64,000 nt of DNA, taken from NCBI GenBank assembly GCA_963666835.2, contig CAXXGO010000001.1:1056001-1120000 (forward strand). Direction: 5' to 3'. The position numbers were made by a program, and so were the translations under genes. Below are positions 29,569 to 40,460 of this stretch, one piece after another (the first letter of the stretch is position 1; every line of letters begins with the position of its first letter). The DNA comes from Phycisphaerae bacterium (lineage in GTDB: Bacteria > Planctomycetota > Phycisphaerae > UBA1845). The notes under the pieces were generated by a model. It did no database searches and was not told where the DNA came from. It saw only the letters and a program-made list of their open reading frames with translations.

Positions 29569-30207
29569 TCAGACTGCCACTTCGATCTTGCCCTTTGCAC
29601 TTACGGAGCAAAACCCGGGAACCGAACCCGACGCAATGCCAATGGTAAGATCGGCGCGCGCTGCAAAAGCGATGGGAAACACGCCGGGTTGGCTTCTGCC
29701 GATGGCGGCATAGAAACGGGAGACTTCCTTCGGCGGCAGCGCGCGCATCCCGGACCAGAACCCGACTACAGTGCCATCAGGCAAGAACATGTGCGGTTGG
29801 ATAGACGCAAGATCAGGCTTCTCGCCAGACTTGGCGGCAGTCTGGGGCGCGATGAAGCCGAGCATCTCGGTGCCGTCCGCCAGAGTCAGGGGCGCCTGCA
29901 CAAGGAAGATCGTCTCTGCCGGATCGACGGGGAGGTCCTTGTCCCACGGTCGGAAGGTCTCCTCGTCCGTGTCGTCGTGCCAGGGCTCGTCATAGTCGAT
30001 GACGTGGCAACTGACCCAGACGGGATAGTTCTGGAAGTCTGAAGCGCGAAGATCGCCGAACTGGCGAAGCAAAGGTATGGAGGAGCCCGTCCCCAAACTG
30101 CAACATCCGGATAGTCCGCAACCGCGAACACGGCGGATCAGTATTATGATAGCAACGACGACGCCGGCGGCTATCAGGTACTTCATGTTGCATGTTCCGG
30201 AACTCAC
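29569..30207 (-). CDS. Hypothetical protein with N-terminal membrane anchor
   Basis: 212-aa ORF, YLIAAGVVVAIIILI anchor then globular-looking sequence; co-oriented with the upstream DinB gene. Confidence 0.65.
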   Translation of the reverse strand: MSSGTCNMKYLIAAGVVVAIIILIRRVRGCGLSGCCSLGTGSSIPLLRQFGDLRASDFQNYPVWVSCHVIDYDEPWHDDTDEETFRPWDKDLPVDPAETIFLVQAPLTLADGTEMLGFIAPQTAAKSGEKPDLASIQPHMFLPDGTVVGFWSGMRALPPKEVSRFYAAIGRSQPGVFPIAFAARADLTIGIASGSVPGFCSVSAKGKIEVAV

Positions 30208-30235
30208 GGCAGGCCGTGCGAACTCAACGGTCCTG

Positions 30236-30772
30236 TCACGTCGGCCATCCGGACCTTACCCACGGGACGTCCGGAACGGCGATCAACCGCAATCGCAGAA
30301 GAAGCTGCGCGGCGTGATGCTGAATGTGCCGGATGTTGTAAACATGCAGCTCAGCTCGGGAGAAGGGCAGCCAGTCGAATCCGCAGCGGGCGCTAAGCGT
30401 ATCGGCGGTCTCCGCGGCGATCACTTCCAATGCCTTACCCCGACAGAATGCCATATAGGTGAAGATGGCTTCCTTGTCGTAGAGCAGTTGCGGTTTGCGG
30501 TCTTCCATTTCTTCGTAATCGCGGAAGAAGCCGGGATTGTCGCGATGAAAGGCCTGCCGCTTAAGAGACTCGGTGTCTTGCCCGAGATAACAATCTGCGT
30601 AGAACAATGCGTGGAACACGGCCTGGCAAAACGCGAGGCTCGCCACCGGTGCGTCCCACGCGGAAGCGGGGCATTGTTCGATGCACTTATTCAACGTGCC
30701 AAGCGCCGCCTCGAACTGCCGTGACAGCAACTCCTTCAACGTCTCGACCATTAGCGGGTCTCCTTCAGCCAA
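30236..30772 (-). CDS. DinB family protein
   Basis: FHALFYADCYL and YNIRHIQHHAAQL histidine motifs. Confidence 0.8.
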   Translation of the reverse strand: MAEGDPLMVETLKELLSRQFEAALGTLNKCIEQCPASAWDAPVASLAFCQAVFHALFYADCYLGQDTESLKRQAFHRDNPGFFRDYEEMEDRKPQLLYDKEAIFTYMAFCRGKALEVIAAETADTLSARCGFDWLPFSRAELHVYNIRHIQHHAAQLLLRLRLIAVPDVPWVRSGWPT

Positions 30773-30822
30773 AACCTGACGAGCAACTTGCCGGCCCGCA
30801 AGGAAACTCCGGCGACAGCGGC

Positions 30823-32259
30823 TTAACGCAGCCCATAATCACGGAGTTTGCGGTACAAAGTGCGGGCACCGATGCCCAGCGCCTTGGCGGTCTTCTCGCG
30901 GTTGCCGCCGAACATACGCAGGGTGTTCATGATGTGCAGCTTCTCCACGTCAGCCATGGACATACCCGCCAGATTCGGCGGGCCCGCGGGGACGATGTCG
31001 GTCGAAGCCTGCAGAGAGTCCGGCAGGTCGGCCACCTTCAACTGATCGCCATCACCCTCCAGGCACATGCGCTGCACTACGTTGCGCAGCTCCCGAACGT
31101 TGCCCGGCCAGTTATAGTTCACCAGTTTGCGCATCGCGTCGGGGACGATACCGGTAAACGCCGTTTCGTTCTCCCGGTTGGCCTGCTCGATGAAGCGCTG
31201 CACGAGCACCGGGATGTCCTCGCGCCGTTCACGTAGCGGCGGCAGGCGAAGCGCGCCCTGGGCGTGCAGGCGATAGAACAGATCGGCGCGGAACGTCCCC
31301 TCGCGAACCAGTTCCGACAGGTCCCGGTTGGTCGCGGCCACATAGCGGACGTCGAAGTACAACGTATCGTTCGTACCGACCCGGATGACCTCGCCCGTTT
31401 CGAGGGTCCGCAGGAGCTTTGCCTGCATTGCCATAGGCATGTCACCGATCTCGTCAAGGAACAGCGTACCCGCGTCTGCGGCCTGGATCAACCCCTTCCG
31501 ATCAGTCACCGCCCCGGTGAACGCACCTTTGATGTGTCCGAACAACTCGCTTTCCAGCAGGGTCTCGCTCACGGCGGCGCAGTTCAGCACCTTGAAGGGC
31601 TTGCCCGCCCGCGGCGAGTTCTGATGGATGGCCTGGGCGAACAGCTCTTTTCCGGTTCCGGTCTCGCCCACGATAAGAACGGTGCTCTTGCTCCGGGCGA
31701 TCTTCTTGAGGCGTTTGATTTCGCGGAGAATGGCGTCGGACGAACCGATGATCCCGGAGAACTCAAACGCCTGGTCGACCTGCTTACGCAGCAGGCTGGT
31801 TTCGCGCGCGGCGATGGCCTGGCGCGCCGCCCGTTGGACCTTATCGCGCAGAAGGTCGATGTCGATCGGCTTGATGAGGTAGTCGTACGCGCGATACTCG
31901 CTGTCCTGGCTCAGGACTTCGCGGGCGAGCTCTTCACTGCCGTAAGCGGTGATCAAAATCACTTCGGTATCGGGGTTCTGCTGCTTGGCTTTGCGCAAAA
32001 CGTCCATGCCGTTGATGTTGCCGCCGAGCTTGTAGTCGGTGATGACCACGTCCGGGGGGCGGTGTTTGATGCTCTCAATTGCGGCCGCACCACTGGCGAC
32101 CACATTGCAGGCGTAATGCGAGCGCTGCAGCGCCTCGGCGATCGCCTCCCCGTGGGCGATCTCATCCTCGACAATCAACACAAAGGCCGTATCGCTCATA
32201 CCGAGAGGTATTGTAGTCAAATCCCGGATGGAATCAGCCCGTCGATTCGTGTGCGACAT
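30823..32259 (-). CDS. Sigma-54-dependent response regulator (NtrC family)
   Basis: Receiver (VEDE, ITDY), [37 protein letters not shown], Fis-type HTH. Confidence 0.96.
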   Translation of the reverse strand: MSHTNRRADSIRDLTTIPLGMSDTAFVLIVEDEIAHGEAIAEALQRSHYACNVVASGAAAIESIKHRPPDVVITDYKLGGNINGMDVLRKAKQQNPDTEVILITAYGSEELAREVLSQDSEYRAYDYLIKPIDIDLLRDKVQRAARQAIAARETSLLRKQVDQAFEFSGIIGSSDAILREIKRLKKIARSKSTVLIVGETGTGKELFAQAIHQNSPRAGKPFKVLNCAAVSETLLESELFGHIKGAFTGAVTDRKGLIQAADAGTLFLDEIGDMPMAMQAKLLRTLETGEVIRVGTNDTLYFDVRYVAATNRDLSELVREGTFRADLFYRLHAQGALRLPPLRERREDIPVLVQRFIEQANRENETAFTGIVPDAMRKLVNYNWPGNVRELRNVVQRMCLEGDGDQLKVADLPDSLQASTDIVPAGPPNLAGMSMADVEKLHIMNTLRMFGGNREKTAKALGIGARTLYRKLRDYGLR

Positions 32260-33028
32260 CGTCGATCGGTTCTAAGGGCAGCCGGATGCGAAATTCCGTG
32301 CCCTCGCCGGGTTTGCTATCGAAATCCAGGCTGCCGCCGTGCTCCTCGGCGATCCGCCGGGTAATGGACAGCCCCAGACCGGTACCGGTGGCTTTCGTGG
32401 AGAAGAACGGCCGCAGGATCCGCTCGCGATCTTCCTCCGCGATGCCCCCGCCCGTGTCCGACACGCAGATAACGGCGTTGTCCCCGTCACGCCGTACCCT
32501 TATCCCCAACGTGCCCCCTTCAGGCATTGCTTCCTGGGCATTAACCACTGCATTTAGGAGCGCCTGGCTCAGGAGTTGTTCATCAACCGGGCATATCAGG
32601 GGCTCGGCGGGCCGGCTCACCTGCAGTGTTATGTTATTGCTGCGGGCCAGCGGATCGATAAACTCCACCAGCCGGTCCACGACCGTGTTAAGATCCGTTG
32701 CCGACCGTTGGAGCCGGCACGGACCGGTGAGGTTGAGGAACTCATCAAACAAGCTCTGCAGCCGCTCGGCCTGACGCCGAAGCACCTCGACTTTCAACAA
32801 CCCCCGGCGACGGACATCGTCGGGGTTCGCCTCGTCGTCGCCCAGATCCTCAGCCAGGAGTTTCAGGTTGATCATCATTGTCGAGAGCGGGTTGCGTAGT
32901 TCGTGCGCCAACCCCCCGGCCAGCTCCGAGATCTCCACGATTTTGCGCTGGTATCTCTCGGCCGGCGACGAGTCGGTATGATGGTCAGGGGTTTGATCCA
33001 AAGCTCTCTTCGGCAGAAGCCGCCTCAT
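32234..33028 (-). CDS. Histidine kinase (HisKA plus HATPase, no sensor domain)
   Basis: AHELRNPL H-box; NAVVNA, DTGGGI, PFFSTK, GTGLGL boxes. Confidence 0.93.
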   Translation of the reverse strand: MRRLLPKRALDQTPDHHTDSSPAERYQRKIVEISELAGGLAHELRNPLSTMMINLKLLAEDLGDDEANPDDVRRRGLLKVEVLRRQAERLQSLFDEFLNLTGPCRLQRSATDLNTVVDRLVEFIDPLARSNNITLQVSRPAEPLICPVDEQLLSQALLNAVVNAQEAMPEGGTLGIRVRRDGDNAVICVSDTGGGIAEEDRERILRPFFSTKATGTGLGLSITRRIAEEHGGSLDFDSKPGEGTEFRIRLPLEPIDDVAHESTG

Positions 33029-33105
33029 CCGGGACGGTGCGCTTCAGGAACGCCGCCCGCTGTTTCAATAACAGAGCCGCGGCAGGGGGCGTGCGCCCGT
33101 CACCG

Positions 33106-33154
33106 AAAAAACCTCACGCCGCCCGCGCTCTTACAGGAGCGGGGCGGCGCGAGT
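33106..33154 (-). terminator. Intrinsic terminator downstream of pnp
   Basis: Minus strand CTCGCGCCGCCCCGCTC-ctgtaa-GAGCGCGGGCGGCGTGAG then GTTTTTT. Confidence 0.75.
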
Positions 33155-33187
33155 TGTATAGCGTACACATTAATGGAGCGGCGACCG

Positions 33188-35305
33188 TCAGTCGGTCACT
33201 GCTTCCTCTTGCTCTTCCTCCATCATAACAGCTTTGCGGGAGAGCTTGATTCGGCCTTGGTCGTCGATGAGGATGACCTTCACCCTGACGGTATCGCCCA
33301 CTTTCACGACGTCGGCCGCCGAGCGGACATATTCGGTGTCCAGCTCGCTGATGTGGCACAAACCGTCCTGCCCGGGCACCACTTCGATGAATGCCCCGAA
33401 GTCCTTCACGCTGCTAACCCGGCCATTGTAGGTCTTGCCGACTTTGACCTCGGCGGAAACCGCTTCGACCATCTCAAGGGCCCGCTCGGCCCGTTCCATA
33501 TCGAGGCACGCGATCAGAATGGTACCGTCGTCGTCGATTTCAACCTTGGCCCCGGTTTCGGCCTCGATGGACTTGATGTACTTACCGCCCGGCCCGATTA
33601 CCTTGCCGATCATCTCCGGATTGATCTGAATCCTGAGGATGCGCGGGGCGTACTTGCTGGTCGTTTTGCGCGGAGCCTTGAGGCATCCGAGCATCTTCTT
33701 CAGGATAGTGATCCGAGCCTCCCGGGCGAGCTTGAAGGACTCGACGATAAGCTCCTGGGGCAGGCCGCGGCCCTTAAGATCGACCTGTACGCCGGTAACA
33801 CCCTTCTGGGTACCGGTCACCTTGAAGTCCATCTCGCCGAAGTGATCCTCTTCGCCGAGAATGTCGACGATCATCTGGTGCTTCTCGCCGCACTTGAACA
33901 TGCCGATGGAGATACCGGCTACCGGCTGGTTAATGGGCACCCCGGCGTCCATCAACGCCAGACACCCGCCGCAGACGGACGCCATGGAGCTGGATCCGTT
34001 CGACTCCATAATCTCCGACACCAGCCGAATGGTATACGGGAACTTCTCCGGACTGGGCAGGACCGCTTGCAGCGCCTTCTCCGCCAGGTTGCCATGCCCG
34101 ATCTCCCGACGGCTGGTGAAGCCGACCCGCCGCACCTCCCCGGTGCACAGCGGCGGGAAGTTGTAGTGAAGCATGAACTTCTTGCTATATTCCTCGGTGA
34201 GCCCGTCGACGATCTGCTCATCGCGCCCGGTGCCCAGCGTAATAACGCAGAGCGATTGGGTCTCCCCGCGCTGAAATAGCGCCGAACCGTGCACCCGCGG
34301 AAGCAGGTCAACTTCGCACTCGATTGGGCGAATCTCATGCATATCGCGCCCGTCAGATCTCTTGCCCTCGTTCACGGCTAAGTCGGCTACAATCTCGCCT
34401 TCAATCTCGTCGATGAGATCTCGTACGGTGTTCCAGGTGAAGGTTGGACGTTCGTCGCTATCGGCTGGGAAATACTCTTCTTTGGCGGAGTCGTAGATCT
34501 CGCCGACGGCGGCCTTGCGATCGAGCTTACCGGGGATCAAGCGTGCAGTACGGAGCCGATCGGTGTACTTCTCGCGGAGCTCGGCCAGCAGATCGTCGGT
34601 TGCCGGGGGAGCGTTCCATTCCTTGGGAACCCCCGCCTTGTCCTGCAACTCCTGGATCATCTCGCAAATGGTCCGGATCGTCTCGTGCGCCACCCGGATA
34701 CCCTCGGCCACGACGTCATCCGGAACCTGCATTGCCCCCACTTCGACCATATTGACCGCGTCTTTGTGCCCGGCGACGACCATCTCCATCGTCGAGTATT
34801 CCAACTGGGAGAGGGTCGGGTTCAGGATGTACTCGCCGTCAACGTAGCCTATCCGGCAAGAGGCGCTGGGCCCCTCAAACGGGATGAACGAAACGGACAG
34901 AGCGGCCGACGCTCCGATCATTGCCAACAGGTCCGGGTCGTTCTCCTGATCCGTCGACAAAGCCATGGCCTGAATAAGCACCTCGTCGCGGTAGCCTTTG
35001 GGGAACATGGGACGCAGCGGACGGTCGATCATCCGCATGGTCAGGATCTCTTTCTGGGTCGGTCGGGCTTCCCGTTTGAAGAAGCCGCCCGGGAACTTCC
35101 CGGCCGCGTAAGTCTTCTCGCGATAATCCACCGTAAGGGGGAAGAAGTCGATTCCCTCGCGCGGCGGACCGCCCACGGCGGCCGTAAAGACAACGGTTTC
35201 GCCATACGTCACAAGCACGGCACCCGCTGCTTGCTTCGCGAGCTTCCCCGTTTCTATCCGGAGGGTCCTTCCACCGATTTCTCGTTCTACAAAATGAAAA
35301 GCCAT
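33188..35305 (-). CDS. pnp: Polyribonucleotide nucleotidyltransferase
   Basis: DFFPLTVDYREK, RREIGHG, ESNGSSSMASVCGG, EDHFGEMDFKV, KH (IGPGG) and S1 domains; start taken at MAFHF. Confidence 0.98.
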   Translation of the reverse strand: MAFHFVEREIGGRTLRIETGKLAKQAAGAVLVTYGETVVFTAAVGGPPREGIDFFPLTVDYREKTYAAGKFPGGFFKREARPTQKEILTMRMIDRPLRPMFPKGYRDEVLIQAMALSTDQENDPDLLAMIGASAALSVSFIPFEGPSASCRIGYVDGEYILNPTLSQLEYSTMEMVVAGHKDAVNMVEVGAMQVPDDVVAEGIRVAHETIRTICEMIQELQDKAGVPKEWNAPPATDDLLAELREKYTDRLRTARLIPGKLDRKAAVGEIYDSAKEEYFPADSDERPTFTWNTVRDLIDEIEGEIVADLAVNEGKRSDGRDMHEIRPIECEVDLLPRVHGSALFQRGETQSLCVITLGTGRDEQIVDGLTEEYSKKFMLHYNFPPLCTGEVRRVGFTSRREIGHGNLAEKALQAVLPSPEKFPYTIRLVSEIMESNGSSSMASVCGGCLALMDAGVPINQPVAGISIGMFKCGEKHQMIVDILGEEDHFGEMDFKVTGTQKGVTGVQVDLKGRGLPQELIVESFKLAREARITILKKMLGCLKAPRKTTSKYAPRILRIQINPEMIGKVIGPGGKYIKSIEAETGAKVEIDDDGTILIACLDMERAERALEMVEAVSAEVKVGKTYNGRVSSVKDFGAFIEVVPGQDGLCHISELDTEYVRSAADVVKVGDTVRVKVILIDDQGRIKLSRKAVMMEEEQEEAVTD

Positions 35306-35503
35306 CTTATTGTCACTACCTTTCCGACACGCCGACATAACGCTGAGAACAGTATCCGCCCGGATACTGAAGGTCCAGCACCTCATAATTGACTGGGGGT
35401 TTCGGGATCAGCGCACGACCAACCGCCGCGGGAATCGCCGATCACACCACATCTCGTCCGTTGAATGTTTGCGCAGGGGAGCCATCGCGCGGAAGACGCT
35501 GGG

Positions 35504-35773
35504 CTACTTCCGCAGACCCAGAGTCGAGATCAGATTCTTGTAGCGATCCCGATCGGTTCGCGTCAGGTATCTGAGCAGACTCGTGCGACGGCCGACCATC
35601 TTCAGCAGCCCGCGCCGGGCAGCATGGTCTTTCTTGTTGGCCTTCAGGTGCTCGGTGAGTTCCAAGATTCGAGTGGTAAGCAACGCGACTTGAACCTCGG
35701 GCGACCCCGTATCCTGCTCATGGGTCCGGTGGGTTCGAACAATCTCTGCCTTCGCCTCTACTGTCAGGGCCAT
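35504..35773 (-). CDS. rpsO: 30S ribosomal protein S15
   Basis: [30 protein letters not shown]; directly upstream of pnp. Confidence 0.99.
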   Translation of the reverse strand: MALTVEAKAEIVRTHRTHEQDTGSPEVQVALLTTRILELTEHLKANKKDHAARRGLLKMVGRRTSLLRYLTRTDRDRYKNLISTLGLRK

Positions 35774-35881
35774 CTTCTAAGACCAATCCTTCTTGCCCGC
35801 GTCTACCTCAGCGGACGATAACATCCTGTTGTAGCAAGAGTTATAACTACTGCCGCTTCCTATTCACATTTCGAGCTTCGC

Positions 35882-35910
35882 AATCTACCCGCTTAGCTCG
35901 CCGGATGCAA
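35882..35910 (-). promoter_or_regulatory. Candidate sigma70 promoter for rpsO-pnp
   Basis: Minus strand TTGCAT-N17-TAGATT about 110 nt upstream of the rpsO start. Confidence 0.55.
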
Positions 35911-36136
35911 GGGTCGAGGACCATCAATTCCGATCGACCCCGCCTGGGCCGTCTCGAACACAGGGCGGCTTACTTCCCAGGCTTCTCCACACGTCCCCGA
36001 CTAGTTATCGCTCCTAACCGCCGCCGAGCTGTCGGCACGCGGCTCGTTGAACATGCGACCGGCCGCCTAGCCGAAGGCGTCCGTTTATACCGTCAGCGGG
36101 AGCCGGCACCAAACCGCTCCCTTTTTAAAGACCGTT

Positions 36137-37264
36137 CTAGCGGATGGCTCTTTCGGAGAGGCCCCGCACGAATCCGGCGTTGTCCGGGAATCTCCCCATG
36201 ACCTCGAGGAGTTGCTCCATCGAACGTTCTGCACCCCGCCCCCCCAGAGACCGCCGTATGTGGTACGAAGCCGCGAGAGCCTCGGGCGTGAGCAGCCGCT
36301 CTTCTTTCCGCGTACCGGATTGCTCCAGATCGATTGCGGGCCAGATCCGCCGATTGGCGAGTTGGCGAGACAGCATGATCTCCATGTTGCCGGTGCCTTT
36401 GAACTCGTTGAAGATGACGTCATCCATGCGACTGCCGGTTTCGATCAGCGACGACGCGATAATGGTCAGAGATCCGCCGTTCTCGACGTTGCGCGCTGCC
36501 CCGAAGATCGCCTTCGGTTCCGTCAACGCCCGGATGTCGAGCCCGCCGGACATGATTCGCCCGCCGCCGCGGATGCCGACGTTGAACGCCCGCCCTAGGC
36601 GCGTCAGTGAATCCAGCAGAATCAGCACATCATCGCCGCATTCGACCATCCGTTTAGCCTTCTCGATCACCAGGCGGGAAATCCGAATGTGATTGGATGC
36701 GTTCTGATCGTTGCAACTGGCAATCACCTCGCCCTGCACATTACGCCGCATATCGGTGACTTCCTCGGGCCTCTCATCGACGAGCAGGATCATCACGTGG
36801 ACATTCGGGTGGTTTGCGGCTATCCCGTTGGCCATCTGCTGCAAGAGGATTGTCTTACCCGTTCGCGGAGCGGCGACGATCAGACCGCGCTGGCCTAATC
36901 CTATAGGGGTAAGGAGGTCGACTACGCGCATGGACATCGGCCCGCCGGCGGTCTCGAAACGAACGGCTTGATCAGGATCTATTGCCGTCAGTTCCTCAAA
37001 CGGCTTCATCTCGAGTCGCTCTTCGACGGGACGGTTATTGACGAGATGGATCTCAGCAACTTCCGGCGCGCTGGAGCGTCCGTTTCGACCACCTTCCCTC
37101 ACGGTCCCGGCGATGGTCTCGCCGCCGCGCAAGCCGGTCTTCTGGCACAGCCCGCGCGGCACTATCGGGTCGCTGGGCTTGATCCTGTAGTTTGTTTTGG
37201 GGTCTCGAATGAACCCCCGTGCTTCCCCGGCAAGTTCGAGTATTCCCGTGATCTCTCGGGACAT
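36137..37264 (-). CDS. rho: Transcription termination factor Rho (short form)
   Basis: PIGLGQRGLIVAAPRTGKT, DERPEEVTD, DSLTRL, EFKGTGNME, SGTRKEE; start taken at MSREITGILEL (ORF open to 37375). Confidence 0.95.
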   Translation of the reverse strand: MSREITGILELAGEARGFIRDPKTNYRIKPSDPIVPRGLCQKTGLRGGETIAGTVREGGRNGRSSAPEVAEIHLVNNRPVEERLEMKPFEELTAIDPDQAVRFETAGGPMSMRVVDLLTPIGLGQRGLIVAAPRTGKTILLQQMANGIAANHPNVHVMILLVDERPEEVTDMRRNVQGEVIASCNDQNASNHIRISRLVIEKAKRMVECGDDVLILLDSLTRLGRAFNVGIRGGGRIMSGGLDIRALTEPKAIFGAARNVENGGSLTIIASSLIETGSRMDDVIFNEFKGTGNMEIMLSRQLANRRIWPAIDLEQSGTRKEERLLTPEALAASYHIRRSLGGRGAERSMEQLLEVMGRFPDNAGFVRGLSERAIR

Positions 37265-37814
37265 GGAATCTACCCCATCGTAGCGTGAATCATGAGTATG
37301 AACCGGTTTGAGAGGCTGTTCGGCCAAGCCGACTATCGCCCGGTCCGCACCTGCCGCCGAGGCGGCTACATACATAACCTTTTCTTTTTCAGTACTTTAC
37401 GAATGCCGACCTTCGGCGTGCCTGCCGGTATTCGTGCCCCATCAGCCACTCGCTGGATAGGAGTAAGGCGAGCTTTCCAGCCCATGATAACGCACTTCGA
37501 GCGTCAGGCAAGTGACAGAGTGTTATGTTTCTGCAAAAAGTCTCGTGTTGGCAAGACCCAAGAACGGGTAAGATCTGGCCGCGCGCCGAGGACGTCCCCC
37601 TGTTGGCTGCCCGGCAAAATGTTAACGATGGTCGCTAGGGCTGTCCGATAAAGGGCTGACGCTCCGTCTCGATGGCGCCGAGCGGAGCCGGCTAAGCAAT
37701 CTTGTGTTTCCCCTGCGCAGCACGCGCCGGGAGCATCTAATAGAGTTCTCCACGGTAAGCCTGAGGAACGGACAGCCGGAGCAGGAGGCGCCGGCGCTTG
37801 AAGGAGATTCGAGA

Positions 37815-38015
37815 ATGAAGAGTACGAGAGTCAAGTTTGGGGCGGTTGCGGCCCTGACCGGAGTGTTGTGCGGATTCGGCGGTTGCCTAAGCTGGGATAC
37901 GCTTTGGGGCAAGGCCTTCTGGGGCACCGCGATTTACACCGGGGCGGAGTACCTGCTCGATAATGATGCGGTCATCGATCTGTTCGAGGATGGCGCTATC
38001 GACGCCGCCAACTAG
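37815..38015 (+). CDS. Small (66 aa) lipoprotein-like protein
   Basis: AAGGAG RBS; MKSTRVKFGAVAALTGVLCGFGGC signal/lipobox; acidic tail. Confidence 0.65.
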   Translation: MKSTRVKFGAVAALTGVLCGFGGCLSWDTLWGKAFWGTAIYTGAEYLLDNDAVIDLFEDGAIDAAN

Positions 38016-38193
38016 CAACGACAGTATCGGAGCGGTTCTCATACCGCCGGTCGAACGACCAGGCCGGATGAGGCGCGGGCTTCTTCGGATTCAGCGGGAT
38101 CGGTGTTCGCACCGGTCCCGCGTTTTCGTTTAGAGTCTCTTCGTATCCTGAGCGAGAATCCCGTCGAAGCCGATCTCCAACCTCGACGGATTC

Positions 38194-39063
38194 CTACAGC
38201 GGCAAAGCGCGGACAACGGTCGGTCTATGAATCGGTCCCTCGATGGCTACGCCCGGCGTCGAAACATCGTGCGGGAAAGCCAACATCAGTCCCTCGTTCA
38301 GGCAGCGGTGGTAGACCTCCTCGCGCTCACGAACACTCACGATAGGTTTCTGATCATACGCCATTACCCAAGGCAGACGTAGGTGCGCCGCGGTCGGGAC
38401 CAGATCGCCGACAAACAGAACGCGCTCTTTGCCGGTCCCGAGGACGGGGAGGAGCTGTCCGGGCGTGTGCCCGTCGGAAACAAACCACTCCACTCCCTCG
38501 CAAGGAGGGGCCGGTCGGTCGCCCTCAACCAGTTTCAGTTGCTCCCCGGCATCCTCCAGCGCCGAGAAATCCGCCGCCACATACGAGGCCCGATCTCTGA
38601 CGTGCGGGTGATGGGCGTGCTGCCACTGTTGTTGATGGATCCAATGTCTGGCGTTCGGATAGCACAGGGCTGCCGGACCGCCCGGATCTTCGAGCCACTT
38701 CGTCAACCCGCCGTTATGGTCGAAGTGCAGGTGCGTCACGACAATGTCAGTAACGTCGTCGTGCCGCAGCCCGATCGCAGCCAGTGCTCGGGGAATCGCT
38801 TCGCTATCGGCTTGCAGAACGAATCGCGCGGCTTTCTCCGGCGCCCACTTCGTGCCGAAGCCGGTGTCTACGAGAAAGACCCGCCGGGCGGAACGGTTCA
38901 CGGCCAGCAGGGTTCGCGTTGCCAAGAGGATGCGGTTGGATTCATCGACGTCGACAAGGTCCTGCCAGAGCACTTTGGGCACGACGCCGAACATCGCTCC
39001 GCCGTCCAGGCGGTTGGTGCCGGTCACAACCGAGTAGAGTTCGAACGGTCCTACTTTTAACAT
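38194..39063 (-). CDS. MBL-fold metallo-hydrolase (YtnP-like)
   Basis: LDGGAMFGVVPKVLW, VDTG, THLHFDHNGG, GHTPG, GDL, MAYD. Confidence 0.92.
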   Translation of the reverse strand: MLKVGPFELYSVVTGTNRLDGGAMFGVVPKVLWQDLVDVDESNRILLATRTLLAVNRSARRVFLVDTGFGTKWAPEKAARFVLQADSEAIPRALAAIGLRHDDVTDIVVTHLHFDHNGGLTKWLEDPGGPAALCYPNARHWIHQQQWQHAHHPHVRDRASYVAADFSALEDAGEQLKLVEGDRPAPPCEGVEWFVSDGHTPGQLLPVLGTGKERVLFVGDLVPTAAHLRLPWVMAYDQKPIVSVREREEVYHRCLNEGLMLAFPHDVSTPGVAIEGPIHRPTVVRALPL

Positions 39064-39323
39064 AATGACTACGATACCGAGTATTGCCCCGGACTGCACG
39101 TGCTCCGCTGTTCTTCCGCCCCGATGCACGTGAATGCGAACTCGGTGGCGCTTCCGCTCCGGGAGGCCGGCGGGCACATGCCCACGGGTGACGTAACGCA
39201 ACTTGTGGACAGCCAACTGCCGGATCACGGTTGATGGAGCACGGCTGCAACGCTACAGTCGCCGGCAGTACGCCCGGCCTGTCCGGCGCGGAGCCGGGTC
39301 CCATGCGGCTGACGAGTTGAACA

Positions 39324-40259
39324 GTGACCTCGACGATCTTAGAAACAGACCGATCTGATACGACCAACGTTGTGAGTCCTTGGGAGAGCGTTTCGTTCAG
39401 GGCGGCTCACATGTCGGTGGCCGTCCTGTTGCGGATTCTGGGCCTTGCGGGCTTGTATCGCTTCGGTCGCTTGTTCGGCACCGTGGAGTGGCTGATCAAC
39501 TACAAGCGGCGGCGACGGTTTGCCCGGGCGTGGCAACATGTGTTGGATCACGAACCTACTGCGGCCCAGCGCCGACGCGCGACCTGCGAGTTCTTCAAAC
39601 GCAACCGTTGTGACCGGATGTTCTATCTTGTTCTCGACTGCATTACGCGCGAACAAGCCGAGCAGTTATTCACCATTGGTAACCACAAACTGCTTGATGA
39701 TGCTCTCGGGCGTGGTCACGGGGTTTATGTCGCCCTGTCCCACCACGGGGCTCATCACATTGCCGGAATGCTCCTGGCCTTGCGGGGCTACAAGGTCGCG
39801 GGCGTGCGCGATCGCCACGAGGGAGGGCTGCGCCGGTACGTCCAGGACAGGCTCGACCGGCTTTACCCCGAGTTTCAGCGGATGCGCGTGCTGTTCTCCG
39901 ACAGCTACCCGCGCGACATCTTCCGCTGCTATAAGGACGGCTACGCCGTGGGAAGCGCGATGGACGTCAATCGGGCGCGCAGCGCGGGGCAGAAGACCGA
40001 GACCGTGACCGTCTTTGGCGAGGAGCGCGCCTACCTGACGGGGCCGTTGCAGATGGCCTTACGGTGCAAAGCCCCCGCGTTGCAGGCCTTCATCGTGGCC
40101 AAGTCCCGGTTTCGCTATCATCTGGACATCGTAGCTACGCTGATTGATCCGGAGACCGTCACCGACGAGGACGCTGCCGTATCCGAAGCAATGCGCGCGT
40201 ACGCCGCGAACATCGAAACCCACCTGCGAGCCACGCCGACCCTGATTACCAAGATATAG
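39324..40259 (+). CDS. Lipid A biosynthesis acyltransferase-like (LPLAT superfamily) protein
   Basis: LLDDALGRGHGVYVALSHHG, VFGEERAYLTGPLQMALR, YAANIETHLRATP match the LpxL-type layout. Confidence 0.7.
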   Translation: MTSTILETDRSDTTNVVSPWESVSFRAAHMSVAVLLRILGLAGLYRFGRLFGTVEWLINYKRRRRFARAWQHVLDHEPTAAQRRRATCEFFKRNRCDRMFYLVLDCITREQAEQLFTIGNHKLLDDALGRGHGVYVALSHHGAHHIAGMLLALRGYKVAGVRDRHEGGLRRYVQDRLDRLYPEFQRMRVLFSDSYPRDIFRCYKDGYAVGSAMDVNRARSAGQKTETVTVFGEERAYLTGPLQMALRCKAPALQAFIVAKSRFRYHLDIVATLIDPETVTDEDAAVSEAMRAYAANIETHLRATPTLITKI

Positions 40260-40387
40260 GACGGTGAGACCTGGGGAGCGTTTCGCGCGGTGTAGCGAGA
40301 GAGCGCGGTTGGAGTTCCCGCACTCCGTTTCGGCGGCCGGGGCGATCTTGACGATCCTGCCGGACGTGGTACGGTAGGGGGCTGACC

Positions 40388-40460
<73 letters not shown>

